From Microbacterium sp. (GTDB lineage Bacteria > Actinomycetota > Actinomycetes > Actinomycetales > Microbacteriaceae), in assembly GCA_040394295.1 (NCBI GenBank), contig JBEBSN010000001.1:12443-76442 (forward strand): a stretch of DNA of 64,000 bases, in the 5' to 3' direction. The notes under the pieces were generated by a model that saw only the letters and a program-made list of their open reading frames with translations, made no database searches and was not told the origin of the DNA. Numbering within the stretch: the first letter of the stretch is position 1; each line of letters starts with the position of its first letter. The translations under genes and the position numbers were made by a program. This document shows positions 27,953 through 37,030 of this stretch, piece by piece.

Positions 27953-28564
27953 ATGGATACACAACTGACTGCACTGATGATCAACTGCACGCTCAAGTCG
28001 TCTCCGGCCGAGTCGAGCTCCGAAGTCCTCGGCGGACAGATCCTCACAGCGCTTGCGGCGCACGGCGTCGCGGCCTCCAGCATCCGCGCCGTCGATCACG
28101 CGATCAGCCCTGGAGTAAACAAGGACATGGGAGAGGGAGACGAATGGCCTCAGCTGCGCGAGCAGGTACTCGCGTCCGACATCCTCGTGTTCGTCACTCC
28201 GACCTGGCTCGGGCAGCACTCCAGCATCGCGCAGAGGGTGTTGGAACGACTCGACGCCGAGCTGAGCGAAACGGACGAACAGGGCAAACCGACGATGTTC
28301 GACAAGGTCGCCATCGCTGGCATCGTCGGTAACGAGGACGGCGCCCACCACATCTCGGCGATCCTCTTCCAGGCACTCAACGACATCGGCTTCACTGTGC
28401 CGGCGCAGTGCGCGGTGTATTGGAACGGCGAGGCGATGCACGGAACGGACTACAAGGATCTCGGCGAGGTACCTGAGAAGGTCGCACAGACCACCGCCAC
28501 CGCGGCTGCAGGTGCGGCGCACCTGGCGAAACTCTTGCGCGAGAGCGGATATCCAGCGCCCTGA
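27953..28564 (+). CDS. Flavodoxin-like / NADPH-dependent FMN reductase family protein
   Basis: NCTLK.SP, DILVFVTPTWLG, VGNEDGAHH; TACCCT 6 nt before ATG. Confidence 0.8.
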   Translation: MDTQLTALMINCTLKSSPAESSSEVLGGQILTALAAHGVAASSIRAVDHAISPGVNKDMGEGDEWPQLREQVLASDILVFVTPTWLGQHSSIAQRVLERLDAELSETDEQGKPTMFDKVAIAGIVGNEDGAHHISAILFQALNDIGFTVPAQCAVYWNGEAMHGTDYKDLGEVPEKVAQTTATAAAGAAHLAKLLRESGYPAP

Positions 28565-28580
28565 GCGCTGAGCCCTGCGA

Positions 28581-28790
28581 TCAGTTGGCGCCGGGCCCGC
28601 CATCCCAGTTGTTCGAGCGACGCGTGGCGCTGCCGGGCTGGCGCATGATCCACGCGAGCGCCAAGCAGAACACGATCACCCCGGCGGAGAAGGTCAGGGC
28701 CTGGAAGCCGTCAGTGACGCCGTGCGCGATTCCCATCAGGAAGACGCCGCCCAGAAAAAGGACCACGTAGACGATAAAGCTGAAGATCAC
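28581..28790 (-). CDS. Small two-TM membrane protein
   Basis: GTG after GGAGG RBS; two hydrophobic segments. Confidence 0.6.
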   Translation of the reverse strand: MIFSFIVYVVLFLGGVFLMGIAHGVTDGFQALTFSAGVIVFCLALAWIMRQPGSATRRSNNWDGGPGAN

Positions 28791-28860
28791 TGCTGCCTCC
28801 TGTTGTGAATGCCAAGTCAAGGATACTCGGCCGCGCAACCGTCAGCCACGTACGGCGTAT

Positions 28861-28881
28861 CCGACACCCCGTCGGTAAGAT
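28861..28881 (+). promoter_or_regulatory. Putative TetR operator CCGAC-N5-GTCGG abutting -10 TAAGAT
   Basis: CCGACACCCCGTCGG-TAAGAT-6nt-ATG; same arrangement at 29924. Confidence 0.6.
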
Positions 28882-28887
28882 GAGCAC

Positions 28888-29241
28888 ATGGAGATTCTCA
28901 AGAACGTCATCCTCGCCCTGCACATCATCGGCGTCGTCGCTCTGCTCGGTGGTGTGATCTATCAGATCAAGCCGATGCGCGAAGGCAAGGCCAGGGTGCT
29001 TCCGGCGATGATGCACGGAATGTGGACGATGCTGGTCACGGGCATCGCGCTCGTCGGATTGCAGTACCCACTCGGCAACGAGGTCAACAACGTCAAGATC
29101 AGCGTGAAACTTGCGGTGCTCGTCGCGATCGTCGTCATCGCGCTGATCAACCGCAAGAAGGAGCCCGTCGCGTCGTGGGTCCTGACCGCGATCGGAGTCT
29201 TGACGGTTGTCAATGTTCTTCTGGCGACCGTCTGGCGCTGA
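28888..29241 (+). CDS. Four-TM hypothetical membrane protein
   Basis: 117 aa, LALHIIG, KISVKLAVL; leaderless start. Confidence 0.75.
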   Translation: MEILKNVILALHIIGVVALLGGVIYQIKPMREGKARVLPAMMHGMWTMLVTGIALVGLQYPLGNEVNNVKISVKLAVLVAIVVIALINRKKEPVASWVLTAIGVLTVVNVLLATVWR

Positions 29242-29281
29242 CCAATCTCGAGCATGGTCTTGACGAGAACACGGGTGCGGC

Positions 29282-29857
29282 GTGCCTAAGATCACTGCCC
29301 CGACGGTTGCAGAGCATCGCGCGGCGCAGCGCGCGATGCTTCTGCACGCCGGACGGGACCTGTTGGCGTCGGGCGGGTTGGCCGCACTCTCGGCAACGAG
29401 CGTGACCGAGCGCGCCGGCATCGCCCGCTCGAGCTTCTACGACTATTTTCCTTCGAAGGAAGACCTCCTGGTCGCTATCGCGATCGATGCGATGGAACGC
29501 TGGGACGACGAAATCGAGGAAGCACTACAGGGCATCGACAACGGTCTCGACAAGCTTCGGGCCTTCGTCGACGCGACCATGCGAATGACCACTGAAGGCA
29601 AGCACGCGATCGCCGGGATGCTTCGCGAGGCCGAGCTGTCCCCGACCAACGAGAAGGACGTGATGGCTCTGCACGAGGCGCTGTTCCGGCCGGTGGTACA
29701 GGTTCTCACCGGCCTGGGAATGGATGCCTCCTACACGTCCATCATGCTCATTCAGGGTGTCCTGGGCGCTGGCGTACAGCTGGTGACCCACGGCGTTGAC
29801 CAGGGCAGCGTCGCGGACGACGTGTTCGCCATGCTCACACGAGGGCTCATCGCCTGA
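29282..29857 (+). CDS. TetR/AcrR family regulator
   Basis: VTERAGIARSSFYDYFPSKEDLL HTH. Confidence 0.9.
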   Translation: MPKITAPTVAEHRAAQRAMLLHAGRDLLASGGLAALSATSVTERAGIARSSFYDYFPSKEDLLVAIAIDAMERWDDEIEEALQGIDNGLDKLRAFVDATMRMTTEGKHAIAGMLREAELSPTNEKDVMALHEALFRPVVQVLTGLGMDASYTSIMLIQGVLGAGVQLVTHGVDQGSVADDVFAMLTRGLIA

Positions 29858-29923
29858 TTACTGCACGCAGGCGCCTGGTCAATTTGGTGGCGATCACTTC
29901 GGGATGAAAGACTTGGCGTGATT

Positions 29924-29944
29924 CCGACACTGTGTCGGTAAAAT
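29924..29944 (+). promoter_or_regulatory. Putative TetR operator CCGACAC-T-GTGTCGG abutting -10 TAAAAT
   Basis: Perfect 7-bp inverted repeat upstream of the ABC permease. Confidence 0.65.
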
Positions 29945-29964
29945 CTTCTACCGAAGGCGTCCCC

Positions 29965-31107
29965 ATGTTTCTCGCACTGCGTGAGCTGCGCTTCGCGCGT
30001 GGCCGCTTCACGCTGATGGGCACCGTGATCGCTCTGATCTCCGTGCTCGTCGTCCTCCTCTCGGGTTTGTCATCAGGCCTTGTCAACGATGGCGTGTCCG
30101 GCCTCAAGGCCATGCCCGCGGCGGCGTTCGCGTTCGACGAAGGCACGATGAAGGACAACGCCTTCAGCCGCTCGGTCGTGGGCGATGACCAACTGGCCCT
30201 CTGGCAGAGCGCAGAAGGCGTCGCCGCCGCGGAGCCGATGGGCGTCAACATCGTCAACGGCGCGATCGACGACGGCACCCAGATCGACCTGACACTCTTC
30301 GGCATAGAGCCCGATGGTTTCCTGTCCCCCGCGGTGTCCACCGGCGAAGAGCTGAACCCTGTCGATGGCATCGTCGTCTCCGAGACGCTGCGCGACGCCG
30401 GCGTCGAGATCGGCTCCGTGGTCACGCTGGATCGCCTCGACCTCGAGTTGCGTGTGATCGGCTTCACCGAAGGCCAAGCGACGTTCGGCCACGTCGACGT
30501 CGCTTATCTGCCCATCGACACATGGCGCCTGATGGCCGCCGGGTTGGCCGAACCAGGAGCGCCGACGCAGAGCCAGATCGACGCGATGGACTTCCCCTAC
30601 TCGAGCGTTGTCGCCATCCGCGCCGACGATGCCGTCGACGCGGACTTCAGCGCGATCGACGCCGACGCCGACACGACCACGATGACCCTTACCGAGGCGT
30701 TCAACGCGTCACCAGGCTACGAGGCCGAAACGCTCACGTTGAGCATGATCCAGTTCTTCCTCTACGCCATCTGCGCGCTGGTGGTAGGAGCGTTCTTCAT
30801 GGTCTGGACCATTCAGCGCAGCCACGACATCGCTGTCCTTCGAGCACTGGGAGCCTCGAGTCGCTACCTCGTGCGCGACAGCCTCACCCAGGCAGCGATC
30901 CTTCTGGTCGGCTTCACCGCAGTGGGTGTCGCAGCCGGGGTCGGGCTGGGTGCTGCCATGCCGGACGCGATGCCCTTCGATCTCGAACTTGAGCCGATCG
31001 CGATCGCGTCCGGGCTGACGATCGTACTCGGAATGCTCGGCGCAGCCGTAGCGGTACTGCGCATCACGAGAGTCGACCCGCTTCGAGCCCTGGGAGGGCA
31101 GCGATGA
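29965..31107 (+). CDS. FtsX/MacB-type ABC permease (HrtB-like)
   Basis: MFLALRELRFARGRF, WTIQR..IAVLRALGAS, RVDPLRALG. Confidence 0.85.
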   Translation: MFLALRELRFARGRFTLMGTVIALISVLVVLLSGLSSGLVNDGVSGLKAMPAAAFAFDEGTMKDNAFSRSVVGDDQLALWQSAEGVAAAEPMGVNIVNGAIDDGTQIDLTLFGIEPDGFLSPAVSTGEELNPVDGIVVSETLRDAGVEIGSVVTLDRLDLELRVIGFTEGQATFGHVDVAYLPIDTWRLMAAGLAEPGAPTQSQIDAMDFPYSSVVAIRADDAVDADFSAIDADADTTTMTLTEAFNASPGYEAETLTLSMIQFFLYAICALVVGAFFMVWTIQRSHDIAVLRALGASSRYLVRDSLTQAAILLVGFTAVGVAAGVGLGAAMPDAMPFDLELEPIAIASGLTIVLGMLGAAVAVLRITRVDPLRALGGQR

Positions 31108-31802
31108 CCGAACGCAATTCACCAAGCCTGGAGATCACTGACGCCGTTTTGGAGCTCGGCGACGGCGACTCGCGAGTCCGCGCGCTCGACGACGTTTCGT
31201 TGACCGTCATGCCAGGAGAGTTCGTGGCCATCGTCGGTCCGTCCGGGTCGGGAAAGTCATCTCTACTCGCGATCGCAGGCGCATTGGCACAACCGGATCG
31301 TGGCTCGGTGCGCGTTCATGGCACCGACCTGGCCTCCCTGTCCAAGGGTGCGAGGACCCGCTTTCGTCTGAATCAGATAGGTTTCGTCTTCCAGTCAGGC
31401 AATCTCCTTCCCTCGCTGACGGCCAGCGATCAGTTGCGTCTGGCCGGACGCCTCGCGGGCAACCGCCGCGTGAAGACCGAGGACTTTCTGTCGGCGGTGG
31501 GCATGTCTCACCGCGCGGGGCATCGTCCAGGGCAGCTTTCCGGCGGCGAACGTCAACGCGTCGGCATCGCCCGAGCGCTCGTCAACTCGCCGAGTCTGCT
31601 GCTCGTCGATGAACCGACTGCGGCCCTTGACCGGCACCGCAGCCACGAGGTCGTCGAACTCTTGGCCGACCGCGCTCACGCGTCCGGCGTCGCAGTCGTG
31701 ATGGTGACGCATGATCACGATGTGCTCGCCCACTGTGACCGAGTACTCGAGATGGTCGATGGGCGTCTGCAAGCGCAGAGCGTGGCTCACAGCACCACCT
31801 GA
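31104..31802 (+). CDS. ABC ATP-binding protein (HrtA/LolD-like)
   Basis: GPSGSGKS, IGFVFQ, LSGGERQR, DEPTAALD. Confidence 0.9.
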   Translation: MTERNSPSLEITDAVLELGDGDSRVRALDDVSLTVMPGEFVAIVGPSGSGKSSLLAIAGALAQPDRGSVRVHGTDLASLSKGARTRFRLNQIGFVFQSGNLLPSLTASDQLRLAGRLAGNRRVKTEDFLSAVGMSHRAGHRPGQLSGGERQRVGIARALVNSPSLLLVDEPTAALDRHRSHEVVELLADRAHASGVAVVMVTHDHDVLAHCDRVLEMVDGRLQAQSVAHSTT

Positions 31803-31817
31803 TCGCCCAGAACCGTT

Positions 31818-32393
31818 TCACGTGGCGTGTGGTTTCGGCGGATCCAGATCGGGGTGCGCGCTGAGACCATACTGCCGCGTGATCGGGTCGATGAAGATAT
31901 CCGGCTCCTGCGGGGGCCGAACGGTGAACCGCAGGAACGCGGTGAGCAGCCCGACCAGGTACAGCACAGAGATCACCACCGTCACGGGCGTGGGAGCGAG
32001 CTGCTCGAGAACCAGGACGAACAGCGTTTGAGCAAGTGCGATGATCACGAAGAAGACCGCGATGTCAAGCCACAGGATGTTACGTCCGGTGAGTGTTTTG
32101 TAGAGGAACACCAAAGCGATCATCGTGATCGGCATCGAGAAGAGTGCGATCGCCGAAGCGGGGATAAAGGCCGGCAACCTGTGCCCACCTGCCGCGAACA
32201 GGGCCGCATGCAGGATCGCCACCGGCCAGATTGCGATCTTGATGTGTTCCCAGTAGCTCTCATTCACCGCGCCGAAGATCGCTGCGATTCGATTGTGCCC
32301 TGTCCAATCGAAGAGAAAGTGCAGCAGGCTTCCGATGATGCCCAGTGGGAGGATCATCCACCAGCTCACGACCGCGATTGCCTCTATGGTCAT
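31818..32393 (-). CDS. Membrane protein (DUF6512-like)
   Basis: GSLLHFLFDW, AVNESYWEHIK; multiple TMs. Confidence 0.65.
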   Translation of the reverse strand: MTIEAIAVVSWWMILPLGIIGSLLHFLFDWTGHNRIAAIFGAVNESYWEHIKIAIWPVAILHAALFAAGGHRLPAFIPASAIALFSMPITMIALVFLYKTLTGRNILWLDIAVFFVIIALAQTLFVLVLEQLAPTPVTVVISVLYLVGLLTAFLRFTVRPPQEPDIFIDPITRQYGLSAHPDLDPPKPHAT

Positions 32394-32539
32394 GATCACT
32401 CCTTGTGCACCCGGCGCCCCATGCTGATCGTGCACTACGGTGATTCTAGACGCGAATGTGAACGCAGGGCGTGGCTCGGCACAAAGGCCAATTATTAGAC
32501 CGATGCTAGAATCCTCCGACGTAAAAAGCTAAGATGGAA

Positions 32540-32553
32540 ATCATATGCATAAA
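32540..32553. promoter_or_regulatory. AT-rich operator-like palindrome, copy 1
   Basis: ATCATA-TG-CATAAA upstream of the FadR-type regulator. Confidence 0.55.
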
Positions 32554-32575
32554 TACTTTTCCGTCAGGAGTGAAG

Positions 32576-33292
32576 ATGCGACAGAGCCCGCTGCCTAAGG
32601 CTTCCGACTTAGTCGTCGCTGAGTTCAGGAGGCAGATCCTGGAAGAGGGTCTCCCTGTCGGTAGCCGGCTCCCCTCTGAGCTCGAACTCGCAGAGCAATT
32701 CGAGCTCGGCCGTGTGACGATCCGAGAAGCGCTTCGCATCCTCGAGCGCGACGGACTGGTGCGCACGAAACGGGGCCCGAGCGGCGGCAGTTTCGTGCGC
32801 CACCCTGACGTTGACCAGGTGAGTCAGGCGGTGACGATGCTGCTACGCATCAAGGGCCCGACTCTCGGCGATTTTGCCGAGTATCGACTCGCACTCGAGC
32901 CGAAGATCGCAGAGCTCGCAGCGATCAACGCGAGTGACGACGAGAAAGCGCACTTGATGAAGGTCGCCGATCAGCACGTGACTGTCGAATCGACCGCCGA
33001 CTTTCACGATGAGCTTTCGCTGATCTGCGGCAATGAATTCTTCCACTTGGCGCAGAAGTCGATGCATGTCGCTCTCAGCCTGCACTTCAGAAAAGATCAC
33101 ATCGCTGACGTGCACCAAGAGAACACGCATCTCGCTCACAGCAAGATCGCCAACTGCATCGCAGCCGGAGACGCTGAAGGAGCGAGCCGCGCGATGCAGA
33201 AGCATCTGGAGGGCTATCGCGCCTTCATCCACGATTCCGGCCTGGACGACGAACCGGTTCTGCCTAACAATTTGGCTCTTCCCGCACTCTGA
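32576..33292 (+). CDS. GntR/FadR family regulator with FCD domain
   Basis: GSRLPSELELAEQF, IREALRILE, RGPSGGSFV; AGGAG RBS. Confidence 0.9.
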   Translation: MRQSPLPKASDLVVAEFRRQILEEGLPVGSRLPSELELAEQFELGRVTIREALRILERDGLVRTKRGPSGGSFVRHPDVDQVSQAVTMLLRIKGPTLGDFAEYRLALEPKIAELAAINASDDEKAHLMKVADQHVTVESTADFHDELSLICGNEFFHLAQKSMHVALSLHFRKDHIADVHQENTHLAHSKIANCIAAGDAEGASRAMQKHLEGYRAFIHDSGLDDEPVLPNNLALPAL

Positions 33293-34271
33293 GCACGGTC
33301 TTCCCAAAGGGGAGGGACCCTGCTTCGAACTGGTCGTGGACAGATGCGACATCTTTCAACGAAATCACGGCACCTATAACCGGGACGATCTCACCGGATT
33401 CGACCCCGGCCCAGAGGTCGGCGCGCACCTGGCGCACAATCTCGCTCTTGGAATGGGCGCCGTGACTCGGACGGTTCTTCAACATGGTCGCAGTGACAAT
33501 CGCGCGCTTGCGGAGAAGCTGCATCAGGTCGATATGCGCGTTTGCCCCGCCCTGAATGCCGATCAGTGCCAGGTGACCGTCACTGCGCAGCGCCTGCACA
33601 TTGCGCTCGAGATACGAGGCGCCCTGGGTATCGAGAATCAGATCGACCCCGGCGCCGTCGGTATGCGTCAGCACCTCAGCGACGAAGTCTTGATCGCGGT
33701 ATGAGATCGCGTGATCCGCGCCCAGCCGCCGGATCAACTCAAGCCCTGCCGCAGAACCCGCCGTGGAAAAGACGGTGTGGCCGTGATACTTGGCGATCTG
33801 TATCGCGATCGAGCCGACACTGCCGCTGCCCCCGTGAATCAGACATGCGCGCACGAGTGAAGGATCGTTTCCCAGCAACCAGTTCGACCACACAGTGCAA
33901 AGCGCCTCGGGAAGGGCTGCGCCCTGTTCGAACGACAACTCATCGGGCAACGGGAACACCATCGCCGCCGGCACCGCAGCCAATTCGGCGTATCCGCCGA
34001 AGTTGAGCAGCGCGCAGACACGATCGCCCACGCTCCAATCCGTGACGCTGGCGCCGACGCGCTCGATCTCGCCCGCGCACTCGAGCCCGAGGATGATCGG
34101 ACTCTCACCATCGATAAGAAACTTCCCCGACCGCCCTCCAACGTCAGCGGGATTGAACGCGGTGGTGAACACGCGGATCAGCACGTCTTCAGGACCCACC
34201 TCGGGCTCCGGCGCCTCGCCCCAGACCAGGGTCTCGGGGCCACCCGGGGCCTCCTGCACGATCGCTCTCAT
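33264..34271 (-). CDS. NAD(P)H-quinone oxidoreductase (PIG3-like MDR)
   Basis: ILGLECAG, GGYAE, LPEALCTVWSN, HGGSGSVG. Confidence 0.88.
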   Translation of the reverse strand: MRAIVQEAPGGPETLVWGEAPEPEVGPEDVLIRVFTTAFNPADVGGRSGKFLIDGESPIILGLECAGEIERVGASVTDWSVGDRVCALLNFGGYAELAAVPAAMVFPLPDELSFEQGAALPEALCTVWSNWLLGNDPSLVRACLIHGGSGSVGSIAIQIAKYHGHTVFSTAGSAAGLELIRRLGADHAISYRDQDFVAEVLTHTDGAGVDLILDTQGASYLERNVQALRSDGHLALIGIQGGANAHIDLMQLLRKRAIVTATMLKNRPSHGAHSKSEIVRQVRADLWAGVESGEIVPVIGAVISLKDVASVHDQFEAGSLPFGKTVLRVREEPNC

Positions 34272-34354
34272 CGGGTCCCCTATCTCGTGACGTCACTGAA
34301 ACGATTGCCACTTGTGCCGATGGGTGCGCGCATTCCGAGGAGCGCGGCATCTTA

Positions 34355-34392
34355 TTGACACGTGATCACATGAAATCTATCATAGTAATGAT
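34355..34392 (+). promoter_or_regulatory. Sigma70-type promoter TTGACA-17-TATCAT overlapped by operator copy 2
   Basis: TTGACA 34355-34360, TATCAT 34378-34383, ATCATA-GT-AATGAT 34379-34392. Confidence 0.7.
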
Positions 34393-34564
34393 TGTTAATT
34401 ATTAGCTGCCCAGCTGCGTTAAAGCTTTCGTACAGAACGTCGACAAAGGAGTGCGTTCTCCTCTCATGTCGATCGAGCATCAGACGACAAAGAGTTCACT
34501 CCATGTGAACCGACGACAGACACCGACGCAGGTGCGGTCATTATCGATGCGAAAGAGAGAAATG

Positions 34565-35320
34565 ATGAGTGACGACCTCTTGAACGGGCAGGTGGCCATT
34601 ATCACCGGCGGCGCGAGCGGGATCGGTCTCGCAGCCACACGACTGATCGCTCAGGATGGCGCCAAGGTGATCATCCTCGACCGGGACGCCGAAACGGCTG
34701 CCAGCTCTTGCGAACAACTGGTGAACGAAGGGCTCGACGTCACCGCAATGATCGCCGACATCAGCGATCAAGAGGCCGTCGAATCCCTCAGCGCAGCGGT
34801 CCTCGCCGAGTTCGGTCGACTTGACATCCTGGTCAACAACGCCGGCATCAACGCGGCTGCCATGCCGCTCTGGGAAACTCCGCCCGAGATCTACAAATCG
34901 ATGTGGAACGTCAACCTCTTCGGTACCTTTCTGCTCTGCCGGGCTTTCGTGCCGTCGATGATCGAGCGGGGATACGGCCGAATCGTCAACGTCGCAAGTG
35001 TCGCGGGCAAAGAGGGCAACACCGGCAGCAGCGCATACTCCTCCGCGAAGGCAGCGGTGATCGGCATGACCAAATCGCTGGGCAAAGAACTGGCCAGCAC
35101 GGGTGTGATCGCCAACGCTGTCACGCCGGGTGTGATCCGTACGCCTCTGGCGGAGCGGACGACACCCGAGCATATTCAGCGTCTCGCTGCGAAGATCCCG
35201 CTCGGCCGCATCGGCGAGCCCGAGGAGGTTGCCGAGCTGATCCGGTTCGCCGCAAGCCCGCGATGCAGCTTCACCACCGCTTCCGTCTTCGACGCGAGCG
35301 GCGGACGCACCACATATTGA
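34565..35320 (+). CDS. SDR family oxidoreductase
   Basis: TGGASGIG, NNAGI, ASVAGKEGN, YSSAK; start uncertain (frame open from 34451). Confidence 0.88.
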   Translation: MSDDLLNGQVAIITGGASGIGLAATRLIAQDGAKVIILDRDAETAASSCEQLVNEGLDVTAMIADISDQEAVESLSAAVLAEFGRLDILVNNAGINAAAMPLWETPPEIYKSMWNVNLFGTFLLCRAFVPSMIERGYGRIVNVASVAGKEGNTGSSAYSSAKAAVIGMTKSLGKELASTGVIANAVTPGVIRTPLAERTTPEHIQRLAAKIPLGRIGEPEEVAELIRFAASPRCSFTTASVFDASGGRTTY

Positions 35321-35354
35321 TGCCCCGACCAATGAGACACAAGGAAGACAATTC

Positions 35355-36152
35355 ATGATTCTTGACACATCCCCCGTGCCCGACTACCTCCAGAAGTTCT
35401 CGCTCGCCGGCTACAGCGCGATAGTCGTCGGTGCCGGCAACGGAATCGGGCGCCAGTCCGCCCACGCACTAGCCCAGCTCGGTGCCAAGGTCATCTGCGT
35501 GGACCTTGACTCAGAGCGCGCTCACGCGGTCGCGGCGGAGGTGAACGGAGTGGCAATCGTCGCAGATGCCTGTGAACGCGAGGGCCTCCTCAGCATTCTC
35601 GCGGCGGCGGAGGAGACCGGGCTTCCCCTTCGCAGCATCGTCGACATCATCGGCATGGCCGCGTTCGCCGACCTGAATCAGCACACCGATGAGATGTGGG
35701 CCAGAAGCGAGCGCATGAACCTGCGCCACGCTGTCCTGATCGCCGAACTCGGAGGCGACGCATTGGCTGCCGCCGGCGGCGGTACCATCGTTTACATTTC
35801 ATCGATCAGCGGCTTCTGGGGAACTCAGCGCCACGCAGCCTACGGCGCGCACAAGGCGGCCCTCGTCTCACTGGTGAAGACAGCCGCTGTCGAGCTGGGC
35901 CCCAAGGGCGTGCGGGTCAACTCTGCTGCGCCTGGAGTGATCTGGACTGAGCGCATGGCGAAGGCCATCGGACCGGAGAACCGTTCAGTCTTCGCAGCGA
36001 ACACACCCACCGGTCGCCTCGGCGAACCGAGCGACATCGCGGGAGTCGTCAGTTTTCTGGCCACCGATATCTCCTCGCACGTGAACGGCCAATCCGTGAT
36101 CATCGATGGCGGAGCCAGCGTGAAGTTCCCCTACCCGGTGGAACTGCTGTAG
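35355..36152 (+). CDS. SDR family oxidoreductase
   Basis: GAGNGIG, YGAHK, VRVNSAAPG, IIDGG. Confidence 0.88.
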   Translation: MILDTSPVPDYLQKFSLAGYSAIVVGAGNGIGRQSAHALAQLGAKVICVDLDSERAHAVAAEVNGVAIVADACEREGLLSILAAAEETGLPLRSIVDIIGMAAFADLNQHTDEMWARSERMNLRHAVLIAELGGDALAAAGGGTIVYISSISGFWGTQRHAAYGAHKAALVSLVKTAAVELGPKGVRVNSAAPGVIWTERMAKAIGPENRSVFAANTPTGRLGEPSDIAGVVSFLATDISSHVNGQSVIIDGGASVKFPYPVELL

Positions 36153-36158
36153 ATCCGG

Positions 36159-36256
36159 CGACGACCCGCTGCAGCAGCACCCCAGCGGGTCGTCGTAGCA
36201 AAGCACTGACATGAAAAGGACCGCCCCTCACGCAATCCACGTGAGGGGCGGTCCTT
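36159..36256. terminator. Two hairpins between convergent operons
   Basis: 13-bp stem 36159-36171/36183-36195 and 17-bp stem 36216-36232/36240-36256 with A/T flanks. Confidence 0.75.
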
Positions 36257-36265
36257 CTTGTCCTG

Positions 36266-37030
36266 TTACTTGGTGTTCGTGCTCTCTTCGCTGGAGGCAC
36301 CCGAAGCCGAGATTCCGGTCGCTCCGCCCAGCATCTCCGCGGCGATCTGGGAGACCCCCTTGACGTTCTTGATGTCTTCGTTGAACCGGATCTCACCCTG
36401 TCGCATCACCATGACACGATCGGCGAACCGCAGGGGCTGATCGATCGACTGTTCGACGAGGAGAACTCCCATTCCCTCGTCTGTACGACGCTTCAAGAAC
36501 TCGAGGATCTCAGGGATCAATGACAACGCGAGCCCCAAGGAAGGCTCATCGCAGATCATGTAGCGTCGACGCGCCGCCCAGGCCTGAACGAGAGCCAGCA
36601 TCTGCTGCTGTCCCCCAGAAAGGTCTCGGGCCTGCTGCCGACGCTTCTCTTTGAGGATGCCGAACACGTCATACGCCTCGTCGAATATCTCGCGCTCCGG
36701 CCTTCTCATCCTTTTGGGAAGGCTGATCTGGCCGAGTCGGATATTGTCCTCGACGGAGATCTCAGGGAAGACACGATGCCCCTGCATGACCAAGCGGACA
36801 CCGCTCTGGTTCACCTTCTCTGGAGACTTGCCCCCGATCGACCGCCCATCCAGTTCCACGGATCCGGACTGGGGAGTGAGCAGGCCGGCGATGGCGTTGA
36901 CCAGTGTGGTCTTGCCTGCACCGTTCGGGCCGACAAGCAGGCTCAGAGTCCCCTCCGGGATCTCCAGCGAGACATCACGGACCACCGTCATCCGCCCGTA
37001 TCCGGCGCTCAGTGATTTAGTTTGCAACAT
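36266..37030 (-). CDS. LivF-like ABC ATP-binding protein
   Basis: GPNGAGKTT, LSGGQQQML, DEPSLGLA, VEQ. Confidence 0.88.
   Translation of the reverse strand: MLQTKSLSAGYGRMTVVRDVSLEIPEGTLSLLVGPNGAGKTTLVNAIAGLLTPQSGSVELDGRSIGGKSPEKVNQSGVRLVMQGHRVFPEISVEDNIRLGQISLPKRMRRPEREIFDEAYDVFGILKEKRRQQARDLSGGQQQMLALVQAWAARRRYMICDEPSLGLALSLIPEILEFLKRRTDEGMGVLLVEQSIDQPLRFADRVMVMRQGEIRFNEDIKNVKGVSQIAAEMLGGATGISASGASSEESTNTK

Noticed and set aside
33264-33292. 29-bp convergent overlap of fadR and QOR
   Set aside because: Short 3' overlaps are common and there is no further evidence of antisense control
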